A program made the position numbers and the translations under genes. A DNA stretch of 64,000 bases from Bacteroidota bacterium (GTDB lineage Bacteria; Bacteroidota; Bacteroidia; J057; JADKCL01). The first letter of the stretch is position 1. Every line of letters begins with the position of its first letter. Below are positions 18,954 to 28,831 of this stretch, in pieces. Location: contig JANORP010000479.1 in assembly GCA_031415375.1 (NCBI GenBank), forward strand, positions 485-64,484. Direction: 5' to 3'. The notes below the pieces were generated by a model. The model searched no databases and was not told where the DNA came from. It saw only the letters and a list, made by a program, of their open reading frames with translations.

Positions 18954-19952
18954 CTAGCCCCCGATCTTTACCATCGCCCGCTTGCTGAGCTGCTCGGCAA
19001 GTGCTGCATCCTGAAACTCCGGTAAGCCACCCAGACGCTCGGCCTTGGCGGCGACTGTGGCCGCAATGAGGGGGCGAATGTCTTCCCCGGCACGAAAGGC
19101 GGAAAGCAAATCGGTCTCGGCTTTCGCAAAGAGGCAATTGCGCAGCCGGCCCTCTGCTGTGAGCCGTAGGCGGTTGCAGCCTTCACAAAATGGCTGCGTG
19201 ACGGTGCTGATCACTGAAAATGTGCCCTTGAAGCCAGGCACGCGGTGCGCCTTGGAGGTGCTATGGGGTTTGTCGCTGAGTTTCTCGATGGCATAGCGCG
19301 TGCCGATTTTGGCCAGCATGTCAGCGTAGGAAAAGACTTTGTCCCAATTCCAGGCGTTGCCGTCAAAGGGCATGAACTCGATGAAGCGCATGTGGAGGTC
19401 GGCGGTCTCCCCGAGGGCGACAAAGTCGATCAGCTCGTCCTCGTTGAGGTTGCGCATCACGACCATATTGACCTTGACCCTAAAGCCACGCTTGAGGGCC
19501 ATGTCGATATTGGCCTTGACCAATGCAAATTGGTCGCGGCGCGTGATGGCCGCGAAACGCTCGGCATCGAGGGTGTCGAGGCTGATGTTGAGGGAATGCA
19601 AGCCGATTTCCTCGAATACATCGAGGAATTCATGCAGCAAGGTGGCGTTGGTGGTGATGGCGAGCTCGACGGGCAGGCTGCCCAGCTTGCGCAAGATGAG
19701 CTCGGCGTCGCGGCGCAGCAGCGGCTCCCCGCCTGTGAGCCTGATTTTGCGCACGCCCGCCTCCACAAACACCGAGGCGATCCCAAAAATCTCATCTGCA
19801 GTCATGAGCTTGCTCGGTGGCAAGAAACGAATGTTTTCGGGCATGCAATACGTGCAGCGCAGGTTGCAGCTGTCCACGAGCGAGATGCGCAGATAGTCGT
19901 GCCCGCGCCCAAAGGCGTCGGTCAAGATGGGGCTGATGGACTGCTGCGACAT
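18954..19952 (-). CDS. moaA: GTP 3',8-cyclase MoaA (radical SAM)
   Basis: CNLRCTYCMPE radical-SAM cluster motif and C-terminal ...MVKIGG. Start moved from the listed GTG (19979) to the ATG MSQQSISP at 19952. Confidence 0.9.
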   Translation of the reverse strand: MSQQSISPILTDAFGRGHDYLRISLVDSCNLRCTYCMPENIRFLPPSKLMTADEIFGIASVFVEAGVRKIRLTGGEPLLRRDAELILRKLGSLPVELAITTNATLLHEFLDVFEEIGLHSLNISLDTLDAERFAAITRRDQFALVKANIDMALKRGFRVKVNMVVMRNLNEDELIDFVALGETADLHMRFIEFMPFDGNAWNWDKVFSYADMLAKIGTRYAIEKLSDKPHSTSKAHRVPGFKGTFSVISTVTQPFCEGCNRLRLTAEGRLRNCLFAKAETDLLSAFRAGEDIRPLIAATVAAKAERLGGLPEFQDAALAEQLSKRAMVKIGG

Positions 19953-19956
19953 GGTG

Positions 19957-19964
19957 TAAAGATA
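19957..19964 (-). promoter_or_regulatory. -7-like box TATCTTTA directly upstream of moaA
   Basis: The minus-strand sequence cTTATCTTTAcaccATG is almost identical to the gTATCTTTAccgtATG context at 34772-34786. Confidence 0.3.
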
Positions 19965-20043
19965 AGAAAATGCACTCACAATGCAGTGAATTTCGGTCGT
20001 TGCCTCAAGGGAAACGCCATTTCAAGGCTAGGTCACGCTTTCC

Positions 20044-20406
20044 TCAAAGGGGTGGCAACTTTGATTTTGAGCGATCTGCCTTGCATTTCCCTTCTGGGAC
20101 TTCGCTAGGGAATTTGCCATTGGCATCAGCTTCGGGATGGCGGTTGGTCCAAGCTTCTTGGCTGTCTCGACCGTAGGGCTCGTCATCGGTGCCTGGTCCT
20201 CTGAACTTGTAGGCAAATTTTGGGTTTGGGCAGCGCGAGCATTCACGGTTTTGGTTTCCCTCATTGGCAATAGGACATTGATGAATGAGACTCAATTTAC
20301 GCTCAATCGATGTACCTCGCCAGCCATTCCCCAAAATACCTTGGCAATTGTCTGGCAACCGACATTCCCCTTGCTGTCTGATATTCAAATAGGTAGGTAC
20401 AAACAT
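20044..20406 (-). CDS. possible small Cys-containing hypothetical protein
   Basis: 120-aa ORF with a polar, P/G/charged-rich composition that is more protein-like than the overlapping plus-strand ORF. It contains CSRC. No homolog recognised. Confidence 0.3.
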   Translation of the reverse strand: MFVPTYLNIRQQGECRLPDNCQGILGNGWRGTSIERKLSLIHQCPIANEGNQNRECSRCPNPKFAYKFRGPGTDDEPYGRDSQEAWTNRHPEADANGKFPSEVPEGKCKADRSKSKLPPL

Positions 20407-20457
20407 TGCATTTTGCAGTGAAATTGCGTACCCTTGATTTCAATTCATGTGTTTCAA

Positions 20458-21915
20458 ATGTCTGAGTTTGCCACCCCCACAAAAAAAGCGATTGCCCCTG
20501 GTTCAGATTCTAGTTCGGGGCGCAGCCTTGCTCCGCCTCCTTTCCAGCTCAAAACGGATTCTCCAGGATCGGAGAAATCTAGTTCTCAGGGCGAAAAAGA
20601 CCACTCGGCACGTTTTGCGGGAGACTCTGTGCTCGTCGGAATCGCCAAGGGATCAGATGTGGTCAAAAAAGGCGACAAGGGTCTCAAGGTCTGCAAACTT
20701 CAGCAAGCGCTCATCGACATGGGCTATTCACTCCCCAAATATGGCGTCGATGGCGACTTTGGAGACGAAACAGTGACAGCACTTCTGAAGTTTCAATTTG
20801 ACAGCGGCATCCCAGAAACCTCCAAGTTTGACCAGACGACGATCAATACGCTCGACACCCGATTTGATACACGTCGGGATTATCTGCAAGCTGCAGCTGA
20901 CTATGATCCTGTCGATCCCAAAAAAGGGACGCGTACACTCACTGCGAAACAGAAAATAGCTGCGGTGGGTGAACTCAATCCAAAAATGGGGCCTCCAGGG
21001 GCCAAGTTTCAAGAAACGGTTGCAGGCAAGAAATACGGCGATGAGATCATTGCGGAGCTCACGCCCATGATCCCAAGGATGCAAAAGGAAAAATTTACGG
21101 ATATGGAGCCCTTGCGTGCCGATCCCGCAAAAAATTTCCACAAAGACGCCGATTTGGAAGGCGCCGCCAATGCTGGCAAGGACGCCACTGACAGTGTTTA
21201 TGGCAAACTCAACAGTGGCCCGGCCTTTGTCATGGGAACCAACCTGATCGATCAATGGGATGATGAAAAATTGAGAATCTCCAAGAAGCTGGACCCCGAG
21301 AAAAAGGAAAAGGCAAAAAGACAAGTTGCTTACTTGATCGATTCGGAATGTACCGCGATCAACTATGCACACAATGCCGATACTGGAGACACCGCCGAAT
21401 TGGCGATCCTCACCCCGATCATCGACTTCTTTACCGACACGACGGCCAAAGTCCAAGCATTGCTCGAAACAGAGATTGGCTGGGAAGGTGCGCAATTGGA
21501 TGGAGATCAATATTTACAAGTATTCAAGGATCCCAATGCAGAAACCAATCGCCTCAGAATGTGGAGGTTATTTCATGTCTCCATCCATGAATACATCCAT
21601 ACGCTGCGCGAAAAACGATACTCTGATTGGGCAAAAGCACTTGGTGGCTCCAAAAATCATACATTGATAGAAGGATTTTGTGATTTTTTCACGATGAATG
21701 TCCGTGCGAAATACAATAAGTCTGCGCTAAAAGCATTCCAAGCAAAGGTCGAAGGCAGTTTCCATGATCCAGTGAAGCCTGGGGTAATTCCAGATTTTTC
21801 CGATTTGCCCTATGCCTCCAATGCTGAAGCCGAGCGCATGGTGGGCCTCATCGGAATCAACAATGCACAGCTCGGCTATTTCAAGGGTGAGGTAGAACTC
21901 ATGGGCAAGGTATGA
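20458..21915 (+). CDS. signal-less protein with PG_binding_1 domain and C-terminal HExxH metallopeptidase-like region
   Basis: Start moved to ATG MSEFATP. PG-binding motif KLQQALIDMGYSLPKYGVDGDFGDETVTALLKFQ; HExxH at HVSIHEYIHTL; low-complexity N-terminus with APPPFQLK. Confidence 0.75.
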   Translation: MSEFATPTKKAIAPGSDSSSGRSLAPPPFQLKTDSPGSEKSSSQGEKDHSARFAGDSVLVGIAKGSDVVKKGDKGLKVCKLQQALIDMGYSLPKYGVDGDFGDETVTALLKFQFDSGIPETSKFDQTTINTLDTRFDTRRDYLQAAADYDPVDPKKGTRTLTAKQKIAAVGELNPKMGPPGAKFQETVAGKKYGDEIIAELTPMIPRMQKEKFTDMEPLRADPAKNFHKDADLEGAANAGKDATDSVYGKLNSGPAFVMGTNLIDQWDDEKLRISKKLDPEKKEKAKRQVAYLIDSECTAINYAHNADTGDTAELAILTPIIDFFTDTTAKVQALLETEIGWEGAQLDGDQYLQVFKDPNAETNRLRMWRLFHVSIHEYIHTLREKRYSDWAKALGGSKNHTLIEGFCDFFTMNVRAKYNKSALKAFQAKVEGSFHDPVKPGVIPDFSDLPYASNAEAERMVGLIGINNAQLGYFKGEVELMGKV

Positions 21916-22589
21916 CCAAGGGATACTATGGCCCGATCATCCTCTGGTTTTGCTGCCTAGCAATTGTTGCTGGTTGCAAAGTCCATTCATCCAGAAATCC
22001 AACTCAGCCATCGGCATCGATTGCACTTGCGCCAGCGACTGTTGTTGAAGAAATCAAGCCCACGCCCATGAATCCAAGACCTACACCAAGTACTTGCGAC
22101 ATCGCCAAGCAAATGATTCTAGACCGCTCTTTTTCGCAATGGCAGGGCTTGCCAACAGATTGCGACTGGACATCGCTCACTGGCCCCCTCCCGGCAGATT
22201 GGACCTTGGTTCCTGGACGTAGTATGATCACTGAGTATGCGCACCACGCATCGATCAAATTGAAAGTCAATGGTTATTATTTGCCATATTTCACATATAC
22301 TGAGGGTAGGCTCATCCTTTTTGATGCAAGCCTCGTTTCCACGCCAGCAGAGGATGCAGCATTGCTCGCGACCTTGGGAGAGCCTGAGAAATGTCTCACA
22401 TGGCAAGATGGCATGGAACCCATGCCTGCCACGGAATGCATATTCGCATCACGCGGCATGACCGTCTTCACCAACCGAGACCATAGCCTCATTGCACACA
22501 TTGCGCTCTACCCACCTTGTGCCACAGCGCACTATGAGCAATACTTGCGCCCCAATCTTGCCAAGGAGAGACTGCCAAAAGGAAATTGA
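21912..22589 (+). CDS. hypothetical lipoprotein (candidate cognate immunity/partner)
   Basis: 225 aa with lipobox LAIVAGC. Its ATG overlaps the upstream stop (ATGA). Confidence 0.7.
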   Translation: MTKGYYGPIILWFCCLAIVAGCKVHSSRNPTQPSASIALAPATVVEEIKPTPMNPRPTPSTCDIAKQMILDRSFSQWQGLPTDCDWTSLTGPLPADWTLVPGRSMITEYAHHASIKLKVNGYYLPYFTYTEGRLILFDASLVSTPAEDAALLATLGEPEKCLTWQDGMEPMPATECIFASRGMTVFTNRDHSLIAHIALYPPCATAHYEQYLRPNLAKERLPKGN

Positions 22590-22660
22590 TGGCATGAGCG
22601 CATGCTCAATTCCCCCCAAATAAGCAGCTGCTTCTCTGGAGTTTTGAATACATTTACAGT

Positions 22661-23761
22661 ATGAGAAAGACATCAGCGCACTTCTGGATTATCCTGCTTG
22701 CAACCCTCTTGGGCCATCTATCCACCTCTGCCCAGCCTGTCGGCAAAAAGCTCCTCCTCGAGAAAATCACGAGTGCCGGCTGCCCGGGCTGCCCCAACGG
22801 TGATCTCATCTTGCAAAATTACCTCGCGGCCGACAGCAACCTGGTGCCTGTCGCGATCCACGTGAACAATGCTGCCCACGTGGACCACATGTTTTCAGCC
22901 GATGGCGACGCGATTTTGGCGGATTACCTCTGGGCCCACCCGACGCTCATGGTCGATCGTTACAAATTTCCCGGCATCCAATATGTCGCGGGTACATCGG
23001 GAAGCTGGAGCGCGATGATCAATGACCGCAAGCAGCAACCTCTCATTGGCACGGTCGGCGGCTCGACCACCTATACCAGTGGTGATCGCAGCCTACAAGT
23101 GCATCTAGAGGGTGCAATCCTCTGGGATCTGAGCTGGGACCTGCGGGTCAATGCCTACATCGTCGAGAATGGCGTGACCGGCACTGGCCTCGGCTATGAC
23201 CAACTGAACGGCAACAACACTACGCAGGGCCATCCTTTGCAAGGATTGGGCAACCCGATCGTGGGCTATGTACACAATTGGGTGCTGCGCGACATGCTCG
23301 GCGGCCCGCAGGGCGCGCCAGCATTTCCCAATCCGATCCCAGCCGGCCATCTCTACAGCTATGATTTCACGACGGCACTCGACAGCAACATCGACGCGAG
23401 CCAAGCCTATATCATCTTGGTCTTGCAGCGCTATGATGCGCTCAAGGAGCAACGCGAGGTGCTCAATGTTGCCAAACTTGGCCTCAACGGTGCCATTCTC
23501 GCAGGCGTGGAGATGCCTGCGCGGCAGCCGCTCGCGCTCCTGTGGCCCAATCCTGCCACTGACCGTGTACATGTGCAAGTCGGCGAAACCGCCGATTGGA
23601 CTGTCACCGCATTTGACCTGCAAGGGCGCAAGCACATGCAGACCGTTTTCTCGGGCGACGAATCCGATCTGAACACATCATCACTTGCTGCTGGCATCTA
23701 TCTGCTACGCTTGGAGTCGCCAGGCAAGCTTACGGTCACGCAAAAGCTGAGCATCCACTAG
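22661..23761 (+). CDS. Omp28-related/thioredoxin-like T9SS-secreted protein
   Basis: Signal peptide, an early CPGCP motif (EKITSAGCPGCPNGD) as in Omp28-related proteins, and a T9SS CTD (LLWPNPATDRVHVQV...KLSIH). Confidence 0.65.
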   Translation: MRKTSAHFWIILLATLLGHLSTSAQPVGKKLLLEKITSAGCPGCPNGDLILQNYLAADSNLVPVAIHVNNAAHVDHMFSADGDAILADYLWAHPTLMVDRYKFPGIQYVAGTSGSWSAMINDRKQQPLIGTVGGSTTYTSGDRSLQVHLEGAILWDLSWDLRVNAYIVENGVTGTGLGYDQLNGNNTTQGHPLQGLGNPIVGYVHNWVLRDMLGGPQGAPAFPNPIPAGHLYSYDFTTALDSNIDASQAYIILVLQRYDALKEQREVLNVAKLGLNGAILAGVEMPARQPLALLWPNPATDRVHVQVGETADWTVTAFDLQGRKHMQTVFSGDESDLNTSSLAAGIYLLRLESPGKLTVTQKLSIH

Positions 23762-23764
23762 CAG

Positions 23765-24616
23765 ATGAGGATGCGCAGCCCCGTCCAAGCGAGCGACGTC
23801 CATCGCTACGGTGATCAGACGCGCGGCAGCAGCGACATGCTAGCTGTGGAGGAACCATTGGAAATCAGATTGGAATTTGGGCCTGCCCAAGATCGGCGGC
23901 AGCGCAATATTGCGGTGACGATGCGCACGCCGGGGCATGATTTGGAATTGGCTGCGGGGTTTTTGTATGGCGAAGGCATATTGCGCGCGGTGACCGACAT
24001 CCAAAAGATCGATTGGTGTAGCAATGTGCGCAAACCCGAGGAATATGGCAATGTCGTGAAGGTCGATTTGGTGCCCGATGTGATGCCAGACTTGGACAAG
24101 CTGGACCGCAATTTTTACATGAGTAGCAGCTGCGGGGTCTGTGGCAAGGCGAGCATTGAAGCCTTGCAACTCGAGCGCTGCCCTATGCTTCCTGCTGATG
24201 GCATGCGCTTCAGTGCAGATTTCATCCGCAGCCTGCCTGCTATCGCCGACCAGGAGCAGACAGTCTTCAAGCACACGGGAGGCATCCATGCGGCGAGCAT
24301 TTTTGAGGTCTCGGGGGCGCTCTTGGTGCAACGTGAAGATGTGGGACGTCACAATGCCGTCGATAAGGCAATCGGATCCATGTTTCTCCAGGGCAAACTG
24401 CCCTTGCAGGACCATGTGCTACTCGTAAGCGGCCGCGCAGGTTTTGAATTGGTTCAAAAGGCCATCTTTGGCGGCATAGCAGTGATGGTGGCCATCGGGG
24501 CACCATCCAGTCTCGCGGTCGATTTGGCGCGGCAGCATGGGCTCTGCCTGGTGGGATTTTTGCGTGGCGAGCGATTCAATGTTTATGCGGGAGAAGGGCG
24601 TATCGGGCCTGCATAG
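23765..24616 (+). CDS. fdhD: formate dehydrogenase accessory sulfurtransferase FdhD
   Basis: 283 aa. SSCGVCGKASIE catalytic-Cys motif, plus GGIHAA and GRHNAVDK motifs. Confidence 0.9.
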   Translation: MRMRSPVQASDVHRYGDQTRGSSDMLAVEEPLEIRLEFGPAQDRRQRNIAVTMRTPGHDLELAAGFLYGEGILRAVTDIQKIDWCSNVRKPEEYGNVVKVDLVPDVMPDLDKLDRNFYMSSSCGVCGKASIEALQLERCPMLPADGMRFSADFIRSLPAIADQEQTVFKHTGGIHAASIFEVSGALLVQREDVGRHNAVDKAIGSMFLQGKLPLQDHVLLVSGRAGFELVQKAIFGGIAVMVAIGAPSSLAVDLARQHGLCLVGFLRGERFNVYAGEGRIGPA

Positions 24617-24714
24617 ACAGAACTTGCGTCACAAAGTATGCAACCAATACGGGGAAATGAAACGCTGAATGGAGCAAAAGCCAGCGAACTTGCGATCAAA
24701 ATACTTCAGCAACA

Positions 24715-26070
24715 ATGAGAACGCTGCTCCTCTCCACCCTGCTCCTATTGTCCATGGTCGCGCATGCACAATGGAATGCATTTGGCACAGGTTTCACCGC
24801 CAATGACTATGTCGTCGGATTCACGCCCTACAATGGCGACTTGCTTGCCTATACCTTTCCTAGCCCATTGATCTATGTCTATGATGGGTCAGGTACTTGG
24901 ACGACCCCTATGCCGCCTGTGCCTAACTCAAACGGCATCCACCGGCTACTCGTCGCAGACAGCGTGTTGTATGCTGCAAGCTATTCGACGGGCACATTCA
25001 ACCAATTTTACAAATATGAAAATGGAGCTTGGGTACAAATGGGCCTCAATTTCAGGAATTGGGCTAGCAGTGGCGAGCCCAATATTTACGATGCGATCAT
25101 CTTTCAGGACACGCTCTACATTTGCGGGGAATTTGCGCGCAACGGCACAGATACCATCTATGGCGTGGCCAAGTGGGCAGACAGCACTTGGCTTCCTTTG
25201 GGCGAGGGCCTCGTGCAAGGCCTGCAACCCAATGGCGACCTCAAATACCCGCACCAAATGATCGTGTACAACAATGAGCTTGTCGTGGTCGGCAATTTCA
25301 AAAGGGCAGGTGGACAAATTGTAAACGGGATTGCTGCTTGGAATGGAAGTACATGGCATGGATTTGCGGATGGCTTCAACCGTGCCGCCTATGGGGCTGG
25401 CATCCACAACAACGAGTTGTATGTATGCGGTGAATTTACCCTTGCAGACAGCCATGCCGTGAGGCACCTGGCAAAATGGGATGGCACCACGTTTGTGGAT
25501 CCTGGCGTCGGTGTGGAGGGTGTAAACTTGCCTTTTGGCAATGCCTACATCCACAGTTTGCTCTCTTTCCAAGGTCGCTTGTACATCGCAGGTGGATTCA
25601 ACCGCATCTGGCAAGGAAATACCCAACTCATGGGGCGCGGCGTATTCGCCTGGAATGGCTCGCTCGTCGATCTCATGGATGGCGGGGTGACTGGCGACGT
25701 CGAGGCCCTGATGCCCTATCAGGATGGACTCTTGATTGGTGGAGATTTCGTGATCGCGGGTGGCAATGTAGTGGTCGATCATGTGGCCTATTATGATTTG
25801 CTCACCCATGTACAAGCACCGAATAGCAATGCCTTGCAGGTCTATCCCACACGTTTCACAGACGGCATAAACGTCACGGGCGTCATAGGGCAGGCAGATG
25901 CGCCCTCCTCCATACGCTTGATCGACTTGCACGGGCGCGTGCTGCAAGCAGGCCCTTTGCAATCCACCTACGTGTCGATGGTGGATTGCCCGGCCGGCAT
26001 GTATCTCTTGCAAATATGGCAGGGTGATGCCTTGCTGCATCGACAGTTGCTGGAGAAGGTGAGGCTGTGA
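24715..26070 (+). CDS. beta-propeller-like repeat protein with T9SS CTD
   Basis: Signal peptide ...SMVAHAQ and repeated (I/V)A.W(N/D)G(S/T).W..(L/F)G.G blades. CTD: LQVYPTRFTDGINV...YLLQIW... Confidence 0.75.
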   Translation: MRTLLLSTLLLLSMVAHAQWNAFGTGFTANDYVVGFTPYNGDLLAYTFPSPLIYVYDGSGTWTTPMPPVPNSNGIHRLLVADSVLYAASYSTGTFNQFYKYENGAWVQMGLNFRNWASSGEPNIYDAIIFQDTLYICGEFARNGTDTIYGVAKWADSTWLPLGEGLVQGLQPNGDLKYPHQMIVYNNELVVVGNFKRAGGQIVNGIAAWNGSTWHGFADGFNRAAYGAGIHNNELYVCGEFTLADSHAVRHLAKWDGTTFVDPGVGVEGVNLPFGNAYIHSLLSFQGRLYIAGGFNRIWQGNTQLMGRGVFAWNGSLVDLMDGGVTGDVEALMPYQDGLLIGGDFVIAGGNVVVDHVAYYDLLTHVQAPNSNALQVYPTRFTDGINVTGVIGQADAPSSIRLIDLHGRVLQAGPLQSTYVSMVDCPAGMYLLQIWQGDALLHRQLLEKVRL

Positions 26071-26466
26071 GCCGCCCGAGACAGGTATGTCGCCGTAGCT
26101 GAGAGACTACTTCCTTCAAAGCCGATATTTTGGCGTCGCACTTCTCGATATGCAGTCTGTAGGCCCACTGCGAAGATCAAGCGCCTGCTTGTAATGGATC
26201 GTACAAGGGTCCAGAGCAATACGCCTCGGCGCACACGGTCGCATGAAAATGCTTGAGGGTTGGCATTCAAATTTCCTTTCAATAGCCGTCGATCATGTGC
26301 AAGCCTACACAACGCGACCTCCGCTCACCAAAATCGCTCAGCATGGCGGTTCATTTTTCGTTTCACAAGCATTTTTCTGGTGAAGGCCTTGCCAAATTCG
26401 CCCCAAAGATGTTGGCCAATAGCTGATCGAGGCGAATCTAGGGCAATTTCGGGGGCGAGCGGAAAA

Positions 26467-26643
26467 ATGCATCCACCAGAAAAATACCCGCGAAACGAAA
26501 AATTGAAGTCCCTCAAGGCGCAAGCCGAGCTGCTCCTGGATGTCCTGATGCAGGAAATGGATTCAAACGCCGCCATCATCCCAATCTTGCTCCTCCTCAT
26601 CGAATTCATAGAGGCTGAGGAGGAACCTGAGGATCCCGGGTGA
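26467..26643 (+). CDS. possible small acidic-tailed protein
   Basis: 58-aa sub-ORF MHPPEKYPRNEKLKSLKAQAELLLDVLMQEMD...EEEPEDPG. Only the C-terminal part of listed ORF 26260..26643 looks protein-like. Weak evidence. Confidence 0.2.
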   Translation: MHPPEKYPRNEKLKSLKAQAELLLDVLMQEMDSNAAIIPILLLLIEFIEAEEEPEDPG

Positions 26644-26723
26644 TGGATTTTTTGGGTTCATTGGTTTCATGCAATCGCCCGGCATCAGGGTCGCCTCGGC
26701 ATGAGACATCGAGGATTTTGACG

Positions 26724-26731
26724 TATATTTG
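26724..26731 (+). promoter_or_regulatory. -7 box TATATTTG upstream of the sigma-like gene
   Basis: Exact TAnnTTTG match 22 nt upstream of the ATG at 26753. Confidence 0.4.
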
Positions 26732-26752
26732 TGTGCATTGCGTAGGAAGAAT

Positions 26753-27538
26753 ATGACCGAAGAGGAAATCATAAAAGGCATTGCCGAGGAATCGCCGGAC
26801 CTAGATGTGGTGATCAAAGAGTTCTATGACCACACTTTTGATCGTTTTACATCATGGCTTGTGTACAAGGGAGCTACATTGGAAGATGCCAAAGATGTCT
26901 TTCAAGATGCCATCCTAATCCTCATTCAGAAGGCCAAGGCAGATCCTGAGTCCATGCCCAGAAACCTTTTCTCCTACTTTTATCAAATGTGCAAGAACAT
27001 TTGGTATCATCGGTCGCGCTTGCAGCATTACAAGCAATCGCTCGTGGACATTGACGACCTCCTCGATCATGAAACGACGCACGAGTGGCTGCTCTTGGAG
27101 CAAGATCAAGAGAGCGACGAGGAGGCTGCGAAGGGTATATTGATGCAGCTGATTGAAAATGATCTTGACGGGCCCTGTCGGATCATTTTTGAGGCGATGA
27201 TGAAAAAAAAGCAATACGACAGTGCAGAATTGGCATCCAGATTGGGCCTCCCGAGCGCAAACGCTGTCGCTCAAAAAGCGAAGCGATGCAAGGCCAAAAT
27301 CATTCAGATTGCCCTGTCTGATCCATATTACTTTGCCGCTGCGATGCAATATTTGGATGGGACTACAGCCTATCCACAATTTAGAAAATATCGCGCACAC
27401 GTTTATAGCCTCATGTTGCTTCTAAAAGGCACCTTGAGAGATGAAAAGGAGCGCCTAAGCATTGAAAATCGCTTAAAAAGCGACGAAAATTTCAGGGAAT
27501 TTGCAACCTATCTCAAGCGACAAACAAAACTCAGCTGA
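26753..27538 (+). CDS. sigma-70/ECF-like sigma factor with ~70-aa C-terminal extension
   Basis: Region-2-like DAKDVFQDAILILIQKA and LFSYFYQMCKNIWYHRSR; region-4-like YDSAELASRLGLPSANAVAQKAKRCKAKI. Start moved to ATG MTEEEI. Confidence 0.65.
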   Translation: MTEEEIIKGIAEESPDLDVVIKEFYDHTFDRFTSWLVYKGATLEDAKDVFQDAILILIQKAKADPESMPRNLFSYFYQMCKNIWYHRSRLQHYKQSLVDIDDLLDHETTHEWLLLEQDQESDEEAAKGILMQLIENDLDGPCRIIFEAMMKKKQYDSAELASRLGLPSANAVAQKAKRCKAKIIQIALSDPYYFAAAMQYLDGTTAYPQFRKYRAHVYSLMLLLKGTLRDEKERLSIENRLKSDENFREFATYLKRQTKLS

Positions 27539-27539
27539 C

Positions 27540-28163
27540 CTAACCCTGGTGCCTGTCCTTGAATTCCTGCAGCATGAATTTGCAGAACCTTGGTCCACAA
27601 TTTTTGTGAACCACATTTACAACATCTCTCACTGTTTTTGACCGCTTTAGCCTTCTGGTGATTACTTTGAGTTCAGCGTCTGGGTTGATGTTGGCGTATT
27701 CCTCCTCGATGAGTTCGACAAAAAAATCGATCAATTGCTTGCAATAATGCTCCTCAATCCCATTTGCCTCGACTTTGGAAAATTTAAACTTTAACCGCAA
27801 TGTGCTCAAAGCCACGCGCGGTTTTACAAAAAGCTCCAACATTTCCAGGAAAATCTTGAGTCCGACGGGGAATTTGCGTGCCGCATACTTCCACGAAAAA
27901 ACATCAAAGGACATGATCGCTTTGGCCGTCATTCCGATCACAGCCGCACGCAACCATGGATCGTGGATTTTAATATCCAGGTCAAACTCAGTGATAAGAC
28001 TATAGATGGCGATCCCAAAAATGCCGATGATTCCACCGTAGAAATAAACCCATCCAGAACGTAGGCTCAGAAAAAAATGATCCGTATAATTCTCAGTTGT
28101 CCATGACAAAATTGCAATCGTGGCTGCAGAACAGAATACGACTAGTAAGTAATAAATCATCAC
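27540..28163 (-). CDS. hypothetical membrane protein (3 N-terminal TM helices plus helical cytoplasmic tail)
   Basis: 207 aa, in an AT-rich region, with hydrophobic segments at the N-terminus. No family recognised. Confidence 0.55.
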   Translation of the reverse strand: MMIYYLLVVFCSAATIAILSWTTENYTDHFFLSLRSGWVYFYGGIIGIFGIAIYSLITEFDLDIKIHDPWLRAAVIGMTAKAIMSFDVFSWKYAARKFPVGLKIFLEMLELFVKPRVALSTLRLKFKFSKVEANGIEEHYCKQLIDFFVELIEEEYANINPDAELKVITRRLKRSKTVRDVVNVVHKNCGPRFCKFMLQEFKDRHQG

Positions 28164-28456
28164 CCGATGTCAAATAATTGCGTTTCAAATGAGTTGATGT
28201 GCTAAAATAGGTCGGGAGGACATCAAACGCAACTTTTTTTTTCGATTTGGAATATTTTCAAATCCATTTTGGATAATTTTTGGCTCACTATTGAGCCTTT
28301 TGCATACAGGAAAGCGATCTCTCACACTTCAGGTCGATCAATGCCTTTGGGCCATTCGTCCTACTTGCATGGCATCTCCTTGTACAAGACGAGCGCCATG
28401 AATATGATGCTGCATCGATTCTTGTCAAAATACGAGGAACAAGCAAGGTGACAGAC

Positions 28457-28831
28457 CTAAATCCCCGATTGCTCAAATAGACGCCCGATCACCTTGATGA
28501 CAGCATCTTTGCTTTCGCTGTCCAATGGCTGCGATTGGGAGGCTTTGATGGCTTTGTCACGTTTCGCTTTGGAGCGTATGCGCACCTTATCGGGCTTGCT
28601 CGCGTGAACCTCTACAAAGTGGGCCAAAATAAATGTAGGCAACAATTCCTCCACCATATTTTCAGGCATACCCGCCTCAAATGCCAGCAATTCCTTTTCG
28701 ATCCAGACATCTTGGGGGAGTTCAGCCAAAGCAAGGCCAAGATCGGTCAAGTCTGCAATATTGACGGATGGCGACCCAATGAGGTCTGCAATGGGTTTTT
28801 CCTTGAGAAAAATAGTGCTACGGTGCGTCAT
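28457..28831 (-). CDS. hypothetical protein
   Basis: 124-aa ORF with protein-like composition in the AT-rich islet. No motif recognised. Confidence 0.45.
   Translation of the reverse strand: MTHRSTIFLKEKPIADLIGSPSVNIADLTDLGLALAELPQDVWIEKELLAFEAGMPENMVEELLPTFILAHFVEVHASKPDKVRIRSKAKRDKAIKASQSQPLDSESKDAVIKVIGRLFEQSGI

Noticed and set aside
19980-20433. Moco riboswitch upstream of moaA
   Set aside because: I could not recognise the conserved Moco-motif elements. A -7-like box abuts the moaA ATG, and the space is partly occupied by a possible small ORF. This needs an Infernal scan to be definitive.
24946-26040. 364-aa minus-strand ORF inside the propeller/T9SS gene
   Set aside because: It is antisense to a CDS that has a signal peptide, repeated blades and a CTD. 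It has a nonsense-like composition.
26260-26643. 127-aa plus ORF and the 94-aa minus ORF (26325..26609) as genes
   Set aside because: The N-terminal two-thirds of the plus ORF and the whole minus ORF look like noise. I kept only the C-terminal 58-aa sub-ORF as a low-confidence feature.
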